From contig NC_068984.1 of the NCBI RefSeq assembly GCF_001194135.2, forward strand, positions 66,789,885-66,823,062: 33,178 bases of DNA, given 5' to 3'. The translations under genes and the position numbers were made by a program. Of the stretch, positions 1 through 11,622 are shown piece by piece. Under the pieces are notes generated by a model that saw nothing but the letters and a program-made list of their open reading frames with translations, was not told the origin of the DNA and ran no database searches. This stretch comes from Octopus bimaculoides (Eukaryota). Every line of letters starts with the position of its first letter. The stretch's first letter is position 1.

Positions 1-19
1 TGGTTCGTAATACGGGTGA

Positions 20-72
<53 letters not shown>

Positions 73-150
73 GCAGGGCTTCTTTCAGTTTCTATCTACC
101 AAATCTACTCACAAGGCTTTGGCCGGCCCAAGGCTATAGTAGAAGGCGAC
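73..150 (-). mobile_element. Family A SINE fragment
   Basis: Reverse complement of ttctactatagccttgggccggccaaagccttgtgagtagatttggtagatagaaactgaaagaagcc, abutting (TA)n at 22-70. A more degenerate copy lies at about 255-378. Confidence 0.75.
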
Positions 151-370
151 ACCCTAGTAACTAAGCCATGTGCCTCCACACATACATATGGCAGTCTTAT
201 ACATTTTATGTCTACCACATTCACTCACTATGTATAAATAGATGCAAGCACATACATTGTTAGTCTTTGCACAGTTTACCAAATTTCTTTCACTAAGCAT
301 TGCTTAATAGTAAGAAGTTAACTGTGGAAGACACTTGCAACTGGATCGAACTAGAAACCATATGGTTGAG

Positions 371-420
371 AGGCATACCTAGATTTAAATAATGCAGGCA
401 TACCTGGATTTAAATAATGC
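371..420. repeat. 25-bp tandem duplication
   Basis: aggcatacct(a/g)gatttaaataatgc x2, one mismatch. Confidence 0.9.
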
Positions 421-976
421 AGGTATCCAATTTTTTTCTAAATGTTTCTTTAAATTCACTTTCATCATACATTTTTCAAATATAGTCAAAGAAGGAGTAG
501 GAGGAACCAGAGAAGAAGCAGGTGGAGGAGAGAAAAAAAAAGCAATGCCTATAATCTTTTCAAGTTCTCGCAGGCTGGTGAGACTGTTGTTACTTAACCC
601 TACAGCAGCTTTTATTAGACAAATCAGAAGCATTCCAGTAGTGACCATCTTGCTTTGTGTGTATCAAAGATTACATTGTTCAGGCTACCCTGTTTTTTAT
701 CCCTTACCTTTTATTATGTGTGCATTTTTTTTTATTCTTATGATGTGATTGGAAGGAGCTTTAGCTGTTATTTCTAGTAATTTAGTGAACTGGGTAGAGT
801 TATTTTATTGTTTCATAGCTGCTGATATAGATGGAGTTGATGTTCAACTTAAACATCTATAGGTCTGTGTCTGCAGGAAAAAAAAAGTGTTTTCATGTTA
901 AATAAAAAAAATATAATACTTGCTCTCTTGTTCCCAAAATGTCTATATGAATATGTATGTGTGAGCCAGTTTGTAA

Positions 977-1019
<43 letters not shown>

Positions 1020-1499
1020 CACACACACACACACATATACACTCACAAATACACACATAGAAATATATATATATTGTTGTCAAGATTTTATTATGGTATC
1101 TCCTGGGTGAATTGTTATTCAAAATTCAAGCATAGTTGTCTTTGTAATAAAATATGTTTAGATGTTGATGTTGTTATTATCGTTATTGCTGTTTTGATTC
1201 TTTTTTTTTCCTAAATATACTTTATTTAGTAGAGAGCTGATATAGGATTGCTCTGTTTCGTTTTTCCTTCTGTTTTTCTTCTTTTTGTTATTGTTTTTGT
1301 TTTAATCCTGAAGCTACAAGTCTGTCATCTTTAAGCATGCCATTGTTACACTGTTGATCGATATACTCTTGCACGAAAGAAATGTTATGAATATCAAACA
1401 GAGGACCAAAAGCCCTTTGCAATCTAATAAGTACACTTGTGACCATGGAATTAGATTCATGATGGAGTGGAGGCTTTATTGTTTCTATTTCAATAACTT

Positions 1500-1648
1500 G
1501 CTGTTTTGAGTTCAAATTCCACTGAGTATGGATTTGCCTGTCTTACATCAATCTGGTATTGATAAATTAAGTACCGGTATTAAGCTATAAAGAACTCAAT
1601 TGATTACAACCATTCCTTGCAAGAAAATTGGCTTTATGCCAAATAAAA

Positions 1649-1696
<48 letters not shown>

Positions 1697-2270
1697 GTTG
1701 TTGTTGTTGTTGTTGTTGTTTTGAAGAGCTGGCAGAATCATTATTGCACCAGACAAAATGCTTAGAGGCATTTTTTCTGGCTATATGTTCTGAGTTCAAA
1801 TTTCACTGAGACGGACTTTGCCAACCATCTTTTTGGGGTTGATAAAATAAGTACCAGTTGAGCACTAGAGTTGTTATTTCGTATGTGTATTTCATGTGCA
1901 AGATTCTTGATGTGGATATGTGTGTTGAAAGAAATACAATTAAACCTTGGGAGAAGCATTATGCCAGTAATAAACACATGGTAATAAACAAGGTTTAATT
2001 GTACTAGGGTTGATGTAATCGACTTATTATCTTCATTGAAATTGCTAGCCTTTGGCCAAACTTTGAAACCATTATTATTGTTTTAATAACATTGTTAGAG
2101 CATCAGAAAGCATTTGTTCCTGCTCTTCATGCTATGAGTTCAAATCTTATCAAAGTTAATTATACTTTTCATCCCTCTCGGTTCAATGAAATTAAATCCC
2201 CTGTAATGTACTGGGGTTCAATTTATTGACTAAATCATTCCCCTAAAAACTGATGATCTGTCAAAATTTG
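1500..2270 (+). mobile_element. Head-to-tail cluster of 3-4 degenerate family B SINEs with (ATT)n/(GTT)n tails
   Basis: The tgagttcaaat...gataaaataagtacc motif recurs near 1506, 1790 and 2135; simple-repeat tail at 1628-1720. Confidence 0.65.
1628..1720. repeat. Compound (ATT)n(GTT)n microsatellite
   Basis: Direct reading. Confidence 0.95.
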
Positions 2271-2454
2271 TCTACTCTTTCGAGCAAGAAAGAGCAGACA
2301 GATCTACCTTTCAAATTTACATACTACCATTATAAAAAATAAAAGAATAAGAGAGTTTATTGAACAAAGTAGTTCTAAATATATGAAACAGGCAGAAAAG
2401 TGATGTCCAGAAGATTTTTGATCATAGGTTTGTTTGATCAGAGATAGCTTGTGT

Positions 2455-2911
2455 CTAACCCTTTGGCATTTAAACTAGTCATATTTGGTTCAAATACTCC
2501 ACCTGTTTTATGTTTAAATTGGGCTAGATCTGACCCTACAATGTCATTCTGAAAATAAATAAGCATCATCATCTCATCTAAGGTCTGTTTTCCATGCTGG
2601 CATGGGTTGGATGGCTTGACCACAGCTGGCAAGCAGGAGGGCTGCACCCAGTTCCAGTCTGATTTGGCATGGATGCCCTTCCTAACGCCAACCGCTTAAC
2701 AGTGTGCTGGATGCTTTTACATGGCACTACACAAGCACTGCTACATGGCACCAGCATGAGTACTTTTTATGTGGCACTGGCACAGGGCTCTTGCAGGTCA
2801 ATCCGGTTCCTAAAAATCTCAAACATATGAGATTTTGCATTATTAATTCAAGACAAATGTGAATAAATAAGCATTAAATTTGATGGAATAATTTAAAGGC
2901 TAAAGGGCTAA
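2455..2911. mobile_element. piggyBac-like MITE, interrupted
   Basis: Termini ctaaccctttggc...gctaaagggctaa (degenerate TTAA-CCCT ends). The internal sequence aligns with 3347-3574 once the family C insert is removed. Confidence 0.6.
2565..2812 (-). mobile_element. Family C copy nested in a TTAA MITE
   Basis: catcatc...ttccatgctggcatgggttgg...ggatgcccttcctaacgccaacc, with MITE sequence on both sides. Confidence 0.75.
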
Positions 2912-3346
2912 ATTCAATGCGACCATAACTATAAAGTTGAGGTGCTTCATTGCATAGCCTTAAAGGCCAAACCCTGCAACTGCCATTGCATGGTTTCTGA
3001 GCTAACCACCTAATCTTATTTGTTTCAGTCAGTTTGTTCTTGACCAAACAAGAACAAAAAAATTTTAAAAACAAAAATGAGGTTTCATTCCTATTTCATA
3101 GTTGAATAGTTATCAATAAGAAAGGCATTCAACTGTAAAAATAATTGCTTCAGCAAATAAATAATCCAGCAATCATGCAAGCATAGAAAAAATTAATACA
3201 AAGTAGTAAACAAATAAATAAATAAATAAATTACTATATTGAAATCATGGAACAAGGATAATTATTACTCTCTTCATACCAAAAAAAAAAAGAAAGAAAA
3301 AAGATGGGGGGCAATAATTTTGTCATAAAAGTTTATATTCCCTATT

Positions 3347-3574
3347 TTAACCCTTTGGCTGAGAAACCGGTTGTATCTGGCCCAAATATTCTGCCTGTTT
3401 TATGTTCAGATCAATCAGATCTGGTCTCTCACACCTACCCTACAACATCATTGTTATAATAAATAATCACTTCATTGAAGTTTTGAAGTTACAAAATAAT
3501 GTGTAATTAATTCAAAACACTGTGAATAAATAAGCATTACATTTGGCAGAGTAATCTGAATACTAACGGGTTAG
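3347..3574. mobile_element. piggyBac-like MITE
   Basis: Termini ttaaccctttggc...actaacgggttag; homologous to 2455-2911. Confidence 0.6.
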
Positions 3575-3605
3575 GGCAACAAATTTGGATGAAAGCACTT
3601 TGGTT

Positions 3606-4010
3606 TCTTTCTCTTGTTTCAGTCATTAGACTGTGGCCATGCCTTGAAGAATTTTAGTTGAATGAATTGACCCAAGTACTTGGTATGTTTTGTAAAACCT
3701 GGTGCCTGGTACTTATTCTTTTGCTCTCTTTTGCTGAACCGCTAAGTTAGGTGTACATAAACATGCCAACACCATTTGTCAAACTGTGGTAGGAGACAAA
3801 CACTTGCACAAAAATACACCCTCATATATATATATATATACACACACAGCAAGCTTCTTTCAGTTTCCATCTACCAAATCCACTCACAAGGCTTTGGTCA
3901 GCCCAAGGCTATAGAAGAAGATGCTTGCCAATGGTGACATGCAGTGAGACTGAACCTGGAACCATGTGGTCGGGAAGCAAACTTCTTACCACAAAGCCAC
4001 ACCTGCACCT
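3606..4010 (-). mobile_element. Family A SINE, body variant 1
   Basis: Its reverse complement aligns along the length of 29915-30298, including the internal (TA/CA)n. Confidence 0.8.
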
Positions 4011-4032
4011 AACATTCATTAAGTAAATTATT

Positions 4033-4067
<35 letters not shown>

Positions 4068-4089
4068 ATTACCTCCCCACCATCATCAT

Positions 4090-4545
4090 TGTCATTATCT
4101 TCATCATTTTAATGTCCACTTTTCCAGGCTTGCATGGATCAGACAGAATTTGTTCAGGCAGAGTTTCTATGGTAAGATGCCCTTAATTTCTCTATCCCTC
4201 ACCAGTTTCCAAGCTTCATAATATTTCTCCGTGGTAGGACATATTTGCCTAGAAGATTGAAAACAGTGGATACCATTTGTATGATGGTGATGCTCATTTA
4301 CAACTGTCACATGAAGCCATGATAGGGAAACACACATGCACACATTCACACATGCTCAGAAGGATACACAAATGCACATATACACATCTGATTTATTTCA
4401 GATCCCATCTACCAGAACCACTCACAAAGCTTTGGTTGATATGGAGACTATAGTAAAAGACACTTGCTCAAGCTGCCATGCAGTGAGAATGAACTCATAA
4501 CCATGTAGCTGGAAAGCAAACTTCTTAACCATACAGCCATGGCTG
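4090..4545 (-). mobile_element. Family A SINE, body variant 2 (RTE-like tail ending in (GAT)n)
   Basis: Head/CORE at about 4390-4545, CA-rich spacer, then a body whose reverse complement ends aaaagtggacattaaaatgatg. Homologous to 26845-27330 and 32560-32975. Confidence 0.7.
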
Positions 4546-5056
4546 TGCTTTATTTTGGTTGGACAAAATCCATTCTCATCTGCATTGTCTTTATTTTCTG
4601 AAAATTTCCAAAAATAATTGATTTTATTGGATTTATCTCTCTTGTTTGTTACTTTTAGATTTTAAACACATTCTAGATAGAGATATTGTTTACTGACCGT
4701 GTAAATAATGTCAGTTTTACAACTAAATTATATTACGTATGTGGAACTCTACTCTAAACACAACTATTGTTTATAATTCTGACCCCAGTATATTTCTAAT
4801 ACTTATTTTATAGAAATGAAAGGAATTTTATTCTTGGTTTCAACCAAAAAGAAGTGAAAGAAAGAAGGAGAGAAAGAACACTGAACAAAATTATTTATCA
4901 TAAATAAACATCAGGATTGATTGATTTTGTAGCGTATGCTCTAATTTTAAGCCCAAGATTTCTATAGGAAACAGGGTTATCGATAACTATTACCAAAAAA
5001 ATTGCATCAATAAATTTTAATATGCAGTGTTTTTCTTTTGATAAAATAATCATGCT

Positions 5057-5376
5057 TTAACCTTTTATCAAATTTTGGTGAAATACACCGCTCATATATT
5101 TCAATTAATTTTGAGAATAATCAAGAATTTTCAGGGATTTAGTAAAACCCTGCTGATACCAGTCTGCTTGTGATCACTCCTGATCCTGTGATAGAAGCTT
5201 TCTGTTTTAAATTGATCTCACTTAAAACCTCCCGTTTAAATTTCATGTTAATTTATGTTTCAAACACTGGCAAAACTATTTTATTAAACTATTTTATTAA
5301 ATTTTTCCTTGTTTTCAAATATTAATTGAAACAAAAGCAGTGTAGTTTAACTGAAATATGTTAACAAAAGAGATAA
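5057..5376. mobile_element. Second piggyBac-like MITE family with ~75-bp imperfect TIRs
   Basis: ttaaccttttatc...gaaatacaccgc...tttcaattaattttgagaata is mirrored by ttttcaaatattaattgaaacaaaagcagtgtagtttaac...aaaagagataa. Confidence 0.55.
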
Positions 5377-5839
5377 GTTGTTGTTTGGTACATAACTTGA
5401 AAAACCTTTAAATAAAAGTCATAAAATGTGAGGTATTGCATCATAGGACAAGATATGGTCCTAGGAAGGTTACTCTAGAAAGAGTAAAGTAATCCTGCCA
5501 AACTGTCCGATTGATCTTTGGTGTCTTATCAAATAGAACAAGCAAAAGAGAGTCCAATATATAAGCATGGACGTCTAATTTGATAAAGTCTTTTAATACC
5601 AAGAGTTCAGCAGTTCATATCTTCCTTTTAATGCATTGTTCTTGATATGTAACTTACAAATTCTTTCCATCAGGTACTGCAAGGTGGTATATTTTGCTGC
5701 TGTAAACACTGAGAGCACTGGATATCCACTCTATGTTTCGTTGCTCTGTAGTACTGAGTTCAATTCCTGTTTTCAGAAACATCTACCTAAGCATTTACCT
5801 TCAGTGTACTGGCAAACGTTTCATCAACCAGAAGGTTTG

Positions 5840-6075
5840 AACTCAGAACTATAAAGAACAAAACAAATACCACAAGGAATTTTGTCCTGTGTTCTAATAA
5901 TTCTGTCAACCCTACTACTCTGAATTGATACTCTATTTTATAGACCCCAGAAGGATGACTGGTGAAGTTGACCTCAGCAAGATTTGAACTCAATATAAAG
6001 AACCAGCACAAATACTAACTGCAAAGTATTTTGCCCTATGTTCTAATGATTTAACCAGTATCCCACTCTGGGTTG
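5840..6075 (-). mobile_element. Two degenerate family B SINE copies
   Basis: tttgaactca motifs near 5838 and 5983 with gaccccagaaggatga (reverse complement of the family B core). Another minus-strand copy lies at about 7135-7390. Confidence 0.55.
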
Positions 6076-6216
6076 ATTCTGTATTTAATAAACCCTATAA
6101 CAGGGATTGACAAAGTAGTCCAAAGTAGTCTATGTGGTTGTCCCAGGATTTCATAAACACTTAAAACAGTTTTGAGCATTAGAGGTGCTGAATTATCAGC
6201 AAGCTGTTTTTTCCAG

Positions 6217-6366
6217 TGTTAGGAAGGGCATTCAGCTGTAGAAACTCTGCCAAATCAGATTGGAGCCTGGTGTAGCCATCCGGTTTCACCAGTCCTCAGT
6301 CAAATTGTCCAACCCATGCTAGCATGGAAAGCGGACGTTAAACGATGATGATGATGATGATGATGA
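6217..6366 (+). mobile_element. 5'-truncated family C retroposon inside the hAT remnant
   Basis: Near-identical to the 3' part of 24385-24755; (GAT)n tail. Confidence 0.85.
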
Positions 6367-6502
6367 ATAAGATTCTATTTACAAAGGTGCATCTGAAATT
6401 CAATATAGAAATGCAAAATACTTAAGATGATCGTGTTGCTGGCATACATTTGTGTGTATATGTAAGGTTTATGATAAAACAGTGTATGATGTCAACTAGC
6501 TG

Positions 6503-6859
6503 TTTGACTTGGAAATAGAAGATGCAAACATTGAGTCCAAGTTACAAGATGAGCTCTTTGATATGTGTATGGATCTTAAAGCTGAATTTTTATTTAAAAA
6601 CAAAAGTCTGAGTAAATTACTGAAGCAATATGAATACCGAAAATAAATACCTCGGGCTTAGTGCAGCTGGTGAATCCTTTTATTTTATATTTCCAAGTTT
6701 CTGTATAGTTAAGTGAGTTTTAGCCATGCAAATTCACTTTTAACAGAGAGAAACGGAATGAATCTGGATGAGGATGGTAATTTAAAACTAAAACACACTG
6801 ATTTCCAGCCAAATATTGATGCAATAACTAATATTCACTGAACAGATGTTTCACATTAA
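6503..6859 (+). pseudogene. hAT transposase C-terminal (dimerisation) region remnant
   Basis: Manual translation across two frameshifts: FDLEIEDANIESKLQDELFDMCMDLKAEFLFKNKSL / NKYLGLSAAGESFYFIFPSFCIVK / FSHANSLLTERNGMNLDEDGNLKLKHTDFQPNIDAITNIH*TDVSH*. This fits the KYP.L...FPS.Y..E..FS....R..L...G.L.L......P.I pattern of Buster/Charlie-type transposases. Confidence 0.7.
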
Positions 6860-7634
6860 GTATTCTGACTGTATCAATATAATATATGACTGAATTTTTA
6901 TTGTTCTTTGTCAATTTCACTTTGCATTTTTGTTAAATTTCTTAAAACATTTCTTATTAAAAAGTAGTAGTGACACAAAAGAATGATGGAATTATTGCTT
7001 TTAAATCAAGAAATTTTCCCTTAATTCTACATTTTTAATTTCACTTTATAAATTTACATGATCTGGGTCAGTAAGTTATCAAAGATTCCACAAAGAGATC
7101 AATGATATCAGAAGTTTTCCGACCCCTGCTCAAGAAAGATGAAATACATAATTGACCTCAACAAGACTTGAACTCACAATATAAAGAGCCAGAAGTCATA
7201 CTAACCACAAGATATTTTGTCCAATGCAATAAATGATTCTATCAATTTACTAACCTGGAGGGTTGCTTTATTTTATTGTCACCAGAAGGATGAAATATAA
7301 AGTTGGCCTTTGTGGGATTCAAAGTCAAAATGTTAAGTGTTGGAACAAATATGTCAGAGCCATTTTGTCCAACACTTCAATGATTCTGTCACTCTGTTGC
7401 CTGTTTTATTCACCTAGATACTCTGTAACTGTTACTATGTCTCTCACCTTTTACTCTTGAGGAAGATACAGATACATATGGTTGCTGTCTTTTTCATGAC
7501 ACATGAGCTTAAATTCTATTTGTTAGCCTTCTTTATCTTTTCTTTTGAGTTTAAGGAATACAATTTAAAAAGTATAGAATAAACAAAACCAATAACAACC
7601 CTATCATCTAGTTGCTAAAACTGGCAGAAAGAGC

Positions 7635-7637
<3 letters not shown>

Positions 7638-7670
<33 letters not shown>
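7638..7670. repeat. (GA)n microsatellite
   Basis: Direct reading. Confidence 0.95.
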
Positions 7671-7673
<3 letters not shown>

Positions 7674-7849
7674 TTTGCTTGTGATTTTTTTATCTGTACA
7701 ATATCTCAATGTAAATAGATATTGTATTAATGCTTCGGATTTAGTTTCTATTTTTAGCCTGACATATTTGGCTATGGAAATAAAAGAACAACAGTAATAA
7801 AACTCCAAACCAGAGACATGTATATCATATTCAGCTTTGATTACCACAC

Positions 7850-8300
7850 AAAGTCACACACACAGACATACACTCATACACATAAGGATAAGGAAACATT
7901 TTGCACACCACATGAACATTGTCTCCCTATATTTCTCACTATCTTTTATGCACGTAATAATGCAATACACATATGAATTAACACAGGCACACTCAAATAC
8001 ATGCATATACAAATAAAGACAGGTGCAAATGCAGAGGCATTGAATCAGATCTATGCACATACATACACATACAAGCATGCATGCACAAGACACATAAGCA
8101 CAAATACAGACAGACACATGTATGTGTGCATACACATAAATATACGGAAGAACCCAATCATAAAGTCATACACTGATTTATCATGGACCTTACATATACA
8201 CATTTACTATATCACACAAACTTACACCTGCATACACACATACACACAAATGCACATACACATACATACATACATACATGCACACACAAATAAATCAAAT
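7850..8300. repeat. Degenerate CA/TA low-complexity tract
   Basis: Direct reading; source of the HTHI/CVCM pseudo-ORFs. Confidence 0.8.
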
Positions 8301-8648
8301 TCTATCCAAACACTTTTTCTACATGCTCTATTTGACATGTTTCTTCAGATAGTGTTATTAATTCTTTGCTGTGAAAGTTGGTCTTGCGAATCGGTGAGTT
8401 TTAGTAGAAATTTATGCTAAATTTATGCTGAGAGTTATTTTTATTAGAAATGTATGTTTGAAAATTTCTATGATGGTATCTCACAAGAAATGACTTACTT
8501 CAGGATGATATCGCACATGTGTACATACATTTAATATATATATATACATGCATACGCACACACACATATATATATATAATCATATATACATATACATATA
8601 AATATACACATATATGCACATATGAACATACATATATATGTATATATA

Positions 8649-8685
<37 letters not shown>

Positions 8686-8907
8686 NNNNNNNNNNNNNNN
8701 NNNNNNNNNNNNNNNNNNNNNNNNNNNNNNNNNNNNNNNNNNNNNNNNNNNNNNNNNNNNNNNNNNNNNNNNNNNNNNNNNNNNNNNNNNNNNNNNNNNN
8801 NNNNNNNNNNNNNNNNNNNNNNNNNNNNNNNNNNNNNNNNNNNNNNNNNNNNNNNNNNNNNNNNNNNNNNNNNNNNNNNNNNNNNNNNNNNNNNNNNNNN
8901 NNNNNNN
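8686..8907. other. Assembly gap
   Basis: N run flanked by (TA)n. Confidence 1.
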
Positions 8908-8951
<44 letters not shown>

Positions 8952-8994
8952 CATATGTTTATTTTCATTTCATCTCTTTCTTCTTTTTCAAATG

Positions 8995-9460
8995 GTATGG
9001 ATCTTGTTATTGTTGCTGCTGCTGGTGGTGGTGGTGTCAAAAAAGATTTTTGCTTGTTTTACTTATTTGTTTAAGATATAGGGGTAGAGGAGTTTTTCTT
9101 ACTTTCTCTCTTTCTCTCTCTCTGCCTGCACTTCCTTTTCATGGTGTTACTTAAATATTTATATTTTGTTTGGATTTTGTTGTTGTTGTTGGTGGTGGTG
9201 GCAGTGTCAAAATACTTTTGGTTGTGTTTTTGTTGTTTTCTTGGTGGTGGTGGTGTTGTTGGAGTTCCCATCTCCAATACCATTTTCATGGTGCTATTTA
9301 ATATTTATTTATATCTTGTTTGGATTTTGTTGATGTTGTTGGTGTCAAGATGATGATATTTGGCTGTTTATTTAGAAGGAAGCAGGGGGGCGGGGGCAGA
9401 GGGTTCCTCCCATCTCCTATTTTTTTTATGGTGCTAGTTTAATATATAGATCTTGTTCCT
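8995..9460. repeat. Degenerate ~140-150 bp tandem repeat, about 3 units
   Basis: atggtg(t/c)ta...taat...at(c/t)ttgtt recurs at 9141, 9288 and 9428 with GGT/GTT-rich tracts and ctcccatctcc-like motifs; partial unit from about 8995. Confidence 0.6.
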
Positions 9461-10730
9461 ATCATTGTTCTTTTTCTATTTTTTTTTTCAATATTTTCAT
9501 TTACTCTATTTTTATTTTTGTTTACCTTAATTTGATAACCAAGTTTGTTAGCTAGTTTATCAGGGAAATATATTTAGCATACAAAATGAAAAAGAAAAAA
9601 AGGTATAAAGAGTCACACTTTGTTCTTTGATCTTTTACTGGTAATTTTATCCTCTTTCTCTCCCTCTCTTCACTCCTTTCTCTCACTCATTCACTCACTC
9701 CCTCCTTCCTCTCCTTTGATGCATTTTTTTACCATTTTTTCCCCCTCCTTCTTTTCTCCTTTAAATAGTCCCATTTCTTTGATTCTTTATCTGAATTGAG
9801 ACATTTTACTTTCTGGGAGATGTTTTCAGTACTAAACTTTCATCATTCCAAGATGATGGCGATGGTGTTAGAAGTAATGGTAAGCAGCAGAGAGCAAGGG
9901 ATAGAATATTTGCATTTCTATTCCAAATGTCTGAGTACTTGTGACATTTATTTATTTATTTATTTGTTTATTTATTTATTTGTTTGTTTATCTATCTATC
10001 TATCTATTTATTTTTTGTTTTGTAAATAGCAATCTAGCTGTGAATTCATAGAAATCTCTACAGACGTGACACTTAGTTTCTTGGCTTAACTCCAGCTCCA
10101 ATATTAATCTTGCCATATGAGTACTAAATTCTTTATAGTCTACATTTCTTTAATGCAGTCTTTCGAGATATGTCACAGAATTAGATAATTTCATGCTGTT
10201 ATGAAGTGAGTAAATTACTACTGTTATAAAATATCATCAACCCATACATTTCATTTTTTTTTCCCTCAAAAACTAAGCAATGAAAAAATAACAAATATTT
10301 CATTAGCAATAAGCAGAGTGGTTAAACTAATGCAACTCTTTACCCACCAAAATACATAATGCACTGAGCCAATGTGTGAGAGAAAGAGTCTCCACATTAT
10401 CACTTACTAGAAATAGAAGTCTAATCTCCCTTATATCAAATACTACCATCTTAAAACTGAAAGGACACATTGGATAAATCAATGTTAGATGTACTTTATC
10501 TGGAAAAAATAAAGACAAAACAAAAATACAAGTGGGTCACATCAACACACCTTTCAGCATATTTAGAACTTATGAGTCCAACAAGGGATCTCTGTGTAGT
10601 TTGGTCTGCTAAAATGAGCAACCACCTCTCCCACATCTCTCTCATGACATCTTGAAAAAAGAAAGTATGTATTCCAGTGGTGTAGTACAGAAAATATGTG
10701 GGATGGTCACAGTTGGAACACCTAACCATA

Positions 10731-10782
10731 GATATCAGATTCTAATATTGTACTTTGATATCAGATTCTAATATTGTACTTT
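10731..10782. repeat. Perfect 26-bp tandem duplication
   Basis: gatatcagattctaatattgtacttt x2. Confidence 0.95.
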
Positions 10783-11586
10783 GTATCCTATTATGATATT
10801 ATTGCAGCAATATAGTTAAGTATTAGGTGAGGAAAATAGCAAATAACTGTAAAACATCTGCTTGCAACAAGTTATGCACATGTTTAAATTGCTGTATCCA
10901 TATAGCCTATGTGCATGAAAAAAATCTGGCTGTGAAAAATATTTACTGGGAAGAAGAAAAAAATTTGAAGATAAAAAGAAAAAAACTGAAATCAGGTACA
11001 GGTGATGGAAATGTTATATTAACCGTTCAGTGACAAACTAAAGATGGTATCATACTCTACATTCTGCAACACTGAGTTTGTAATCTTGTTATTAAAATAT
11101 AAATCACATTTTTTGACAGAAAATAGTTATAAAAAACAAAAACAAAAGAAAAACGATATAAATAAACAAAAAAAAAACAATAAAAGCAAGACATGAAAAC
11201 TTCAAAAGAATTTCAGCAAATTATTTTGATTTCCAAACAGTGATTTCACTACCTTTTTAAGTCTATTAAAAAGAATGACGGAATTATGAAATAAAGCCAG
11301 AGAAATGTACTTTTCTTCCGCTTTTCTTTGAACTAACTATAAGAAGTGACAGATACATCCATAGCCATTCAAGTTTTAAAATGCTAAGCAGAAACTCATG
11401 ATAAGGAAAGTGTATGTGTGAAAGTGTGTGTGTGTGTGTATGCAAGTGTGTGTGTGTGTGTATGGGTGTGTGTGAGTGTGTGTACATGTTCATGAGCATA
11501 CATATAACTGAATAGAGAAAAAATATTGATGAACAATGAACAGTTTTATTATTCAATATATATGTGTGCATGTGTGTGTGTGTGTG

Positions 11587-11622
<36 letters not shown>

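Larger units (their letters stand above)
6101..7128 (+). mobile_element. Internally deleted, decayed hAT (Buster/Charlie-like) DNA transposon interrupted by a SINE
   Basis: Transposase C-terminal remnant at 6503-6859. Right end ...ttttccgacccctg (reverse complement caggggtcggaaaa) is a typical hAT terminus. A possible degenerate left TIR cagggattgacaaa starts at 6101, so the left boundary is uncertain. Confidence 0.6.

Noticed and set aside
385-748. Overlapping 87-aa and 118-aa ORFs
   Set aside because: No recognisable domain; driven by a purine/pyrimidine-skewed tract and a tandem duplication.
8349-8393. 45-nt + strand exon candidate (ttcttcag|IVLLILCCESWSCES|gtgagt)
   Set aside because: The splice sites are strong, but splicing in frame to the next candidate gives an immediate stop and the peptide is unrecognised. 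It could still be a UTR exon.
10548-10645. Minus-strand exon-like segment VMREMWERWLLILADQTTQRSLVG with good splice sites
   Set aside because: The nucleotide sequence is a family D repeat fragment; a homologous stretch at about 16000-16060 gives WLLLSADQTT.
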